A DNA stretch of 50,507 bases from Chloroflexota bacterium. Its GTDB lineage: Bacteria > Chloroflexota > Limnocylindria > Limnocylindrales > Limnocylindraceae. This document shows positions 46,069-50,507 of the stretch, piece after piece; position 1 is the stretch's first letter, and the number at the start of each line of letters is the position of its first letter. The translations under genes were made by a program, and so were the position numbers. The notes under the pieces were generated by a model. That model did not search any database. It worked only from the letters and a program-made list of their open reading frames with translations, and was not told the DNA's origin. The DNA lies in NCBI GenBank assembly GCA_003670745.1, contig QWQR01000003.1, positions 1 through 50,507 of the forward strand. Direction: 5' to 3'.

Positions 46069-46524
46069 ATGAAGATCTATCTCGCCGGGCCCCTCTTTAA
46101 CGATGGCGAGCGTTCAACCCTCTCGGCGATCGCCGCGCGACTGCGCGCCGACGGCTACGAGGTCTTCGTGCCACACGAGCAGTTCGTTGAGATGGAGGGG
46201 CTCGACGAGGCGAAGGTCTATCGCACCGACCTTGAGGGCGTGCGATCGGCGAACCTGATGCTCTGCTGGATCGACGGAACGCAGGTCGACGACGGCACCG
46301 CGGTTGAGATCGGCATCTTCACGCAGCTCTGCGCGCAGGATCCTGCCAAACATCGCGGGATCGTCGCCCTCTGCACCGACCTGCGCATGGTGCGTCGTCG
46401 CGGCGTGGCTCCTGGCGATGGGATCAACCTCTTCGTTGCCGGCGCCATCAAATCGGTTGGCGAGATCACCTGGTCGGTCGACGAGGCGGTCGCCGCGCTC
46501 GGCCGCCTGCGCGACGCACGCTGA
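46069..46524 (+). CDS. Nucleoside 2-deoxyribosyltransferase family protein
   Basis: MKIYLAGPLF, VFVPHE, D..GV..A, DDGTAVEIG. Confidence 0.85.
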   Translation: MKIYLAGPLFNDGERSTLSAIAARLRADGYEVFVPHEQFVEMEGLDEAKVYRTDLEGVRSANLMLCWIDGTQVDDGTAVEIGIFTQLCAQDPAKHRGIVALCTDLRMVRRRGVAPGDGINLFVAGAIKSVGEITWSVDEAVAALGRLRDAR

Positions 46525-46569
46525 CGCCCTCGGCGGCGCGCTGCGCAGCCCAGCGGTAGACTCCGCCGC

Positions 46570-47469
46570 GTGAACCCGCTCTTCTCCCTCAGTCGCGCAG
46601 TACTGCTGCGGATGAGCCGCGCGGCTGCGCTTGGCGACCTTGTGCAGCGGACCGCCTGGGGGCGGCGCTCCGTCCGGCGCTTCGTTGCCGGCGACACCAT
46701 TACTGCTGCAGTCGCCGCCGCCGAAGGGATGCGCGCACTCGGCTTCCTCGCCACGCTCGATCGCCTCGGCGAGGCGTCGGTTGGGGCGCGTGCCGACGCA
46801 TACGCCGCTGACGCGGTCACCCTGCTACGCGCACAGGCGGCGGCGGGGCTTGAGCCGAACGTCAGCGTGAAGCTCACCGCGCTCGGCCTCTCCGAAGGGC
46901 GCGCAGCCGTGCGACTCAACGAGATCTTGGCTGCTGCGCGCGAGGTGCGCGGGTTCGTGCGTGCCGACGCCGAGCACCCAGAGAGCCTTGATGCGTTGCA
47001 CGAGATCGTGGCTGCGGCGCGTGGCGCCGGACTTCCTGTGGGCACCGTGCTGCAGGCGAACATGCGCCGCTCGGGGGGCGACCTTGATCGCCTCGTTGCT
47101 GCGGGCGTGCCGCTGCGCCTCGTCAAGGGCGCATACGATCCGAAGGGTGATGGCGTCGGAGATCCCGCCGCCGTCGACGCCGCCTACCTTGCGCTCGCTG
47201 AGCGACTCCTCGCGACGAAGATCCCAGTAGCGCTCGGCACCCACGATGATGCGATCCTCGCCGCGCTCGCGCCGCGCGCCAAGGGAGTTGCAGAGGCGCA
47301 GCTTCTCTACGGCGTGCGCAGCGACCTCGCTGCGCGCCTCGTTGCCGACGGCTGGCGCGTGCGCATCTACACGCCGTATGGACGCGACTGGTGGCCGTAC
47401 GCGTTGCGCCGCATGGCGGAGCGACCGGCAAACCTGCGCTTCGTGCTGAGGAGCCTCTTCGGCGGCTAA
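46570..47469 (+). CDS. putB: Monofunctional proline dehydrogenase
   Basis: RRFVAG, LDRLGE, SVKLTALG, DAE, GTVLQA, LRLVKGAY, GTHD, QLLYGVR, YTPYG.DWWPY..RRMAERPAN. Confidence 0.9.
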   Translation: MNPLFSLSRAVLLRMSRAAALGDLVQRTAWGRRSVRRFVAGDTITAAVAAAEGMRALGFLATLDRLGEASVGARADAYAADAVTLLRAQAAAGLEPNVSVKLTALGLSEGRAAVRLNEILAAAREVRGFVRADAEHPESLDALHEIVAAARGAGLPVGTVLQANMRRSGGDLDRLVAAGVPLRLVKGAYDPKGDGVGDPAAVDAAYLALAERLLATKIPVALGTHDDAILAALAPRAKGVAEAQLLYGVRSDLAARLVADGWRVRIYTPYGRDWWPYALRRMAERPANLRFVLRSLFGG

Positions 47470-47519
47470 CCGCGCGACATCAGCCGCGCGGCGCTAGCCC
47501 GCGGCGCTAGCCGTGCCTC

Positions 47520-48701
47520 TCAGCCGTGCTTCGACGAGAGCGACTCCTCGGTCTCATCGCGGTGCTTCTTCAGGTACTTCATGAACGGCGTGCCGCCGGT
47601 TCCAACGTCGGTCGGATTCCCCGTGGCCGCCGCCGCCTGACGATTGATGTACGTCGCGGCGTACTCCAGGTGCAACGCACGGAAGGCACGAACCAGCTCG
47701 ACCGCGCGATCACGCGCCGCAATCAGCGTCGCAGGAGCCGCGGCGCCGAGCGCCTCAATGCGACTCGCGGCACTCGGGCCAGCCTCGAACGCCTCGAGGA
47801 GGGCGACGTGCTTGCGCGGCATGTAGCGGCGCATCTCCATCAGGTAGTCGCGCAGCTGGTCGGGGGCGTGACCGACCCCGAGGATCGCGTCGAGGCAGGG
47901 GACGATTGTGCTCTGGGCCCCCGTCTCGCCACGGAAGTTTTGGCCCTTCCCGGCGTAGGCGGTCACCCCTTCGTAGACGAGGCCGCCCGGGAGGGCCGGG
48001 TTATCGCGCCAGCCGAAGATGTACGGCCGAACGCGGTGGTAGTAGACGTATGGGTCGCAGTGCTCGGGCATGCGATGCATCGTCGCGAGGATTCCCTCCA
48101 TCGCGTCGCCAAGGTCGCCGAGCGCCGCCGTCGCCGTTGCGTCGTCGCCGCTCGCGATCGCCGACTGTGCTCGCGCCCCAGCGGCGAGCGCGCCACCGGC
48201 GCGTCGCTCGATGTCGACGTGAATGAGAATGAACCAGGCCTCATCGAGCCCGCCGAGGAAGTGCTGCAGCAGCGCGATGTTGCCGAGCGCGATCGGGCCG
48301 CTCTCGTCAATACGGCGCCAGTTCCACAGGGCGTAGCTCGCGTACGAGAGGATCGGCTCACGGCCGAGCGCCGCTGCGACCTGATGCCACGGCACCGCGA
48401 GGCGAGCGGGGAGCGCCGATGGCGATTCAGGCTCACCCCAGACATAGGCCATGCCGAGATAGCTGAGCGTGCGCATCGCCGTCTCGAGCTCCTCTTCGCT
48501 ATGAAGGAGTTCGGCGCGGAATTCGGGGAGTGCCTCAATGATCGAGCGAATGCGACCGGTGGGAATCAGGGAGGGGAGCCCACGCGCCGCCTCGTGCCAC
48601 TCCGCGTTGGCGAGTGGGATCTCTGCAAGTGGGTCGGCGATCGGCAGGAAGCCGCGCTCCGCGGTCACCCCGTAGGCGTGAAGGTCGACAGGGTTTGTCA
48701 T
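47520..48701 (-). CDS. Indoleamine 2,3-dioxygenase family heme protein
   Basis: RGFLP, LSYASYALWNW, DEAWFILIHVDIE, RVRPYIFGW, GETGAQS, MRRYMPRKH, FRALH (proximal His), GTGGTPF..YL. Confidence 0.88.
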   Translation of the reverse strand: MTNPVDLHAYGVTAERGFLPIADPLAEIPLANAEWHEAARGLPSLIPTGRIRSIIEALPEFRAELLHSEEELETAMRTLSYLGMAYVWGEPESPSALPARLAVPWHQVAAALGREPILSYASYALWNWRRIDESGPIALGNIALLQHFLGGLDEAWFILIHVDIERRAGGALAAGARAQSAIASGDDATATAALGDLGDAMEGILATMHRMPEHCDPYVYYHRVRPYIFGWRDNPALPGGLVYEGVTAYAGKGQNFRGETGAQSTIVPCLDAILGVGHAPDQLRDYLMEMRRYMPRKHVALLEAFEAGPSAASRIEALGAAAPATLIAARDRAVELVRAFRALHLEYAATYINRQAAAATGNPTDVGTGGTPFMKYLKKHRDETEESLSSKHG

Positions 48702-48819
48702 CTCGCTGCTCCATCTCTCTGCGCGCAGGCCGCGCGCTACAGGTTCCCATCACTCGGGTCGCTCAGATCCTCGCCCCTTATGGGGTGCCTGTGCGCGGTC
48801 GTTGCGCGTGGGGGTCGTC

Positions 48820-48825
48820 TATGAT
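48820..48825 (+). promoter_or_regulatory. -10 box (TATGAT) of SRP RNA
   Basis: TATGAT 6 nt before the predicted 5' end of the RNA. Confidence 0.6.
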
Positions 48826-48831
48826 CAGCCT

Positions 48832-48939
48832 GCCGTCGGTCGGACTCCGCGCGACGACGCTTCGTGAACCGCGTCAGGTCCGGAAGGAAGCAGCGCTAAG
48901 CGGATCGCGGCGGGCGCAGCGGATGGCCCGGCCGGCGGC
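48832..48939 (+). ncRNA. ffs: Signal recognition particle RNA (small 4.5S type)
   Basis: Conserved helix-8 core TCAGGTCCGGAAGGAAGCAGC (48874-48894); terminal stem GCCGTCGGTCGG pairs with CCGGCCGGCGGC; directly upstream of dnaX. Confidence 0.93.
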
Positions 48940-48972
48940 GCTCTAGAGACGCGGAAATGCAAGGGGAGGGGC

Positions 48973-50507
48973 ATGGTCGAGCAGCTCGCGATCTATCGCC
49001 GCTACCGCGCCTCCACCTTTGGAGAGCTGCGCGGCCAAGATCCCATCGCTAAGACCCTGCGTCGCGCTGTCGCTGACGGTCGTCTTGGGCATGGACTCCT
49101 CTTTGTTGGCCCACGCGGCACCGGAAAGACCTCCACCGCTCGCATCGTTGCCAAGGCGCTGAACTGCCTCGCCCCTGCAGACGGCGAGCCGTGCGGTAGC
49201 TGCACCGCCTGTATTGCCATTCGTGATGGCGTCACCTTTGACGTTGTGGAGTCGAACGCCGCGACCTCAAACCGCATCGACGACGTGCGCGAGGATCTCA
49301 TCCCGCTCATCACCACGCCACCAACGGACCTGAAGCGCAAGGTCCTCATCCTCGACGAGGTACATCGCTTCACCAACGACGCATGGGATGCGCTGCTCAA
49401 GTGGCTCGAGGAGCCGCCCCCTGGCATCGTCTTCATCTTCTGCACCACCGACCCGTCAAAGATCCGCCCAGCAATCCTCTCGCGCCTCCAGCGCTTCGAC
49501 TTTCGCCCGCTCCCGCAGGCATCGATCGCCGCGAAGCTGAACGACATCCTCGCCGCCGAGAAGCGCAGCGCCGACCCCGCCGCAATTGAGCTCCTCGCGC
49601 GGCTCGCCGACGGCGGCATGCGCGACGCAGAGTCGATGCTCGACCAGCTCCTCTCATCGGGCATCGAGACCCTCCGCGCCGCCGATGTCGAAGAGCTTTT
49701 GGGCCTCCCTGGCGCAGATCGCATCGTCGCGCTGACCGAGGCGATCCTTGACGCCGACATCCCCGCGGGACTCGCTGTGCTCGCCGACTTTGAGGCGCGC
49801 GGCCGCGACCCGAAGGTCGTCGTCGATCACCTCACCGATCTCGTACGTCGCGCGCTGCACGCGGCGCTTGCCGGCGGCGGCAGTGTTCCAGGTGACGCGG
49901 CGAAGTTGCCCACCGGTCTCGACCTTGGCGGCACGCCAGGCACTCCACCGCCACTGGCAGGGCGTTCGCGCGACGAACTCTTGCGTCTCGCCCACGCGCT
50001 GCGCCGCACCGAAGGTGGCCGCGGTGACGCCGATCTGCGCCTCGGCCTTGAGCTGCTCCTCCTCGGCGGCGGCGCGCAGGTGGCCCCCACAGCGCAGGCC
50101 GTCGCGGTCTCATCTGCTGCTGCACCTGCGGTCGCAGCGGCGGGAGCTACTCCAGCAACGACGCCGACACGTACGCGTGCAACACCAGCAGCGGCAACAG
50201 CACCAGCGCCCGCCGTCGCGACGAGTCCAGCTGCCGCGACGAGTCCAGCCGCCGCAGCAACTGTTGCGAGCCCAGCCACGGCAGCGACCCCTGACGCACC
50301 GCGCAAGGCACGCGCAGCATCGGGCGACGCAGCATCGGCGCAGTGGGAGGCGCTCGTCGCCGCCGCGGATCCTGCCACGAAGCCGCTCCTCGCCGACGCA
50401 GTGCCCACGTTCGCGAATGGCACGTTGACCCTCGGCTACGCAGCATCCAAGCGCTTCCTTCGCGATCGCGCCGAGGCCCGACGCGACAAGTTGCAGTCGC
50501 TCGCCAG
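48973..50507 (+). CDS. dnaX: DNA polymerase III subunit gamma/tau, truncated by window end (absent from ORF track because no stop occurs in the window)
   Basis: MVEQLAIYRRYR..TF....GQ, GPRGTGKTSTARI.AKALNC, PCGSCTAC, ILDEVH, LEEPP, FCTTD..KI..AILSR, ADGGMRDA; Ala/Pro/Thr-rich linker. Confidence 0.95.
   Translation, partial: MVEQLAIYRRYRASTFGELRGQDPIAKTLRRAVADGRLGHGLLFVGPRGTGKTSTARIVAKALNCLAPADGEPCGSCTACIAIRDGVTFDVVESNAATSNRIDDVREDLIPLITTPPTDLKRKVLILDEVHRFTNDAWDALLKWLEEPPPGIVFIFCTTDPSKIRPAILSRLQRFDFRPLPQASIAAKLNDILAAEKRSADPAAIELLARLADGGMRDAESMLDQLLSSGIETLRAADVEELLGLPGADRIVALTEAILDADIPAGLAVLADFEARGRDPKVVVDHLTDLVRRALHAALAGGGSVPGDAAKLPTGLDLGGTPGTPPPLAGRSRDELLRLAHALRRTEGGRGDADLRLGLELLLLGGGAQVAPTAQAVAVSSAAAPAVAAAGATPATTPTRTRATPAAATAPAPAVATSPAAATSPAAAATVASPATAATPDAPRKARAASGDAASAQWEALVAAADPATKPLLADAVPTFANGTLTLGYAASKRFLRDRAEARRDKLQSLA

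Noticed and set aside
50218-50253. 18-nt tandem repeat (ATSPAA x2) in dnaX
   Set aside because: It lies in the normally variable Ala/Pro/Thr linker of tau. No E. coli-type A AAA AAG frameshift site was seen.

Overview
A 50.5 kb, very GC-rich bacterial chromosome segment made almost entirely of housekeeping and accessory-metabolism genes. The protein styles suggest Chloroflexota, possibly the freshwater Limnocylindria; this is an inference. In order along the window: the 3' end of an FGGY sugar kinase; an Opp/Dpp-type ABC importer (oppABCDF, minus strand); pdxH; a split 2-oxoacid dehydrogenase E2 (free lipoyl protein plus catalytic domain); an MFS gene, an RmuC/DUF2130-like gene and a small Cys/His protein; degV; gdhA with an unknown gene and a DRTGG protein; coaX-coaBC-panB-panC; ndk; lepB followed by an orphan, degenerate NuoN/HyfF-like membrane pair; a K+-independent H+-pyrophosphatase; uppP; argR; class I lysS; serS; a complete shikimate operon (aroF-aroA-aroE-aroC-aroKB-aroQ-chorismate mutase); a Lys/Ala/Arg-rich histone-like protein; five tRNAs (all four Ser isoacceptors and an unusual Arg-GCG); several oxidoreductases; an indoleamine 2,3-dioxygenase homologue; 4.5S SRP RNA; and a dnaX running off the end. 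I saw no integrase, transposase, prophage or CRISPR array. The strongest unannotated signal is upstream of aroF. It has a sigma70 promoter, a leaderless 12-codon leader peptide (MHRHRYYFRYPA) too short for the ORF track, mutually exclusive hairpins and an intrinsic terminator. Together these look like a Tyr/Phe-sensing ribosome-mediated attenuator for the whole shikimate operon. Other notable signals are the tRNA-Arg(GCG) with no tadA at the serS/ffs/dnaX locus, widespread TANNNT-N6-7-start leaderless genes, and two DnaA boxes upstream of the histone-like gene. All calls come from reading motifs by eye; no database searches were run.
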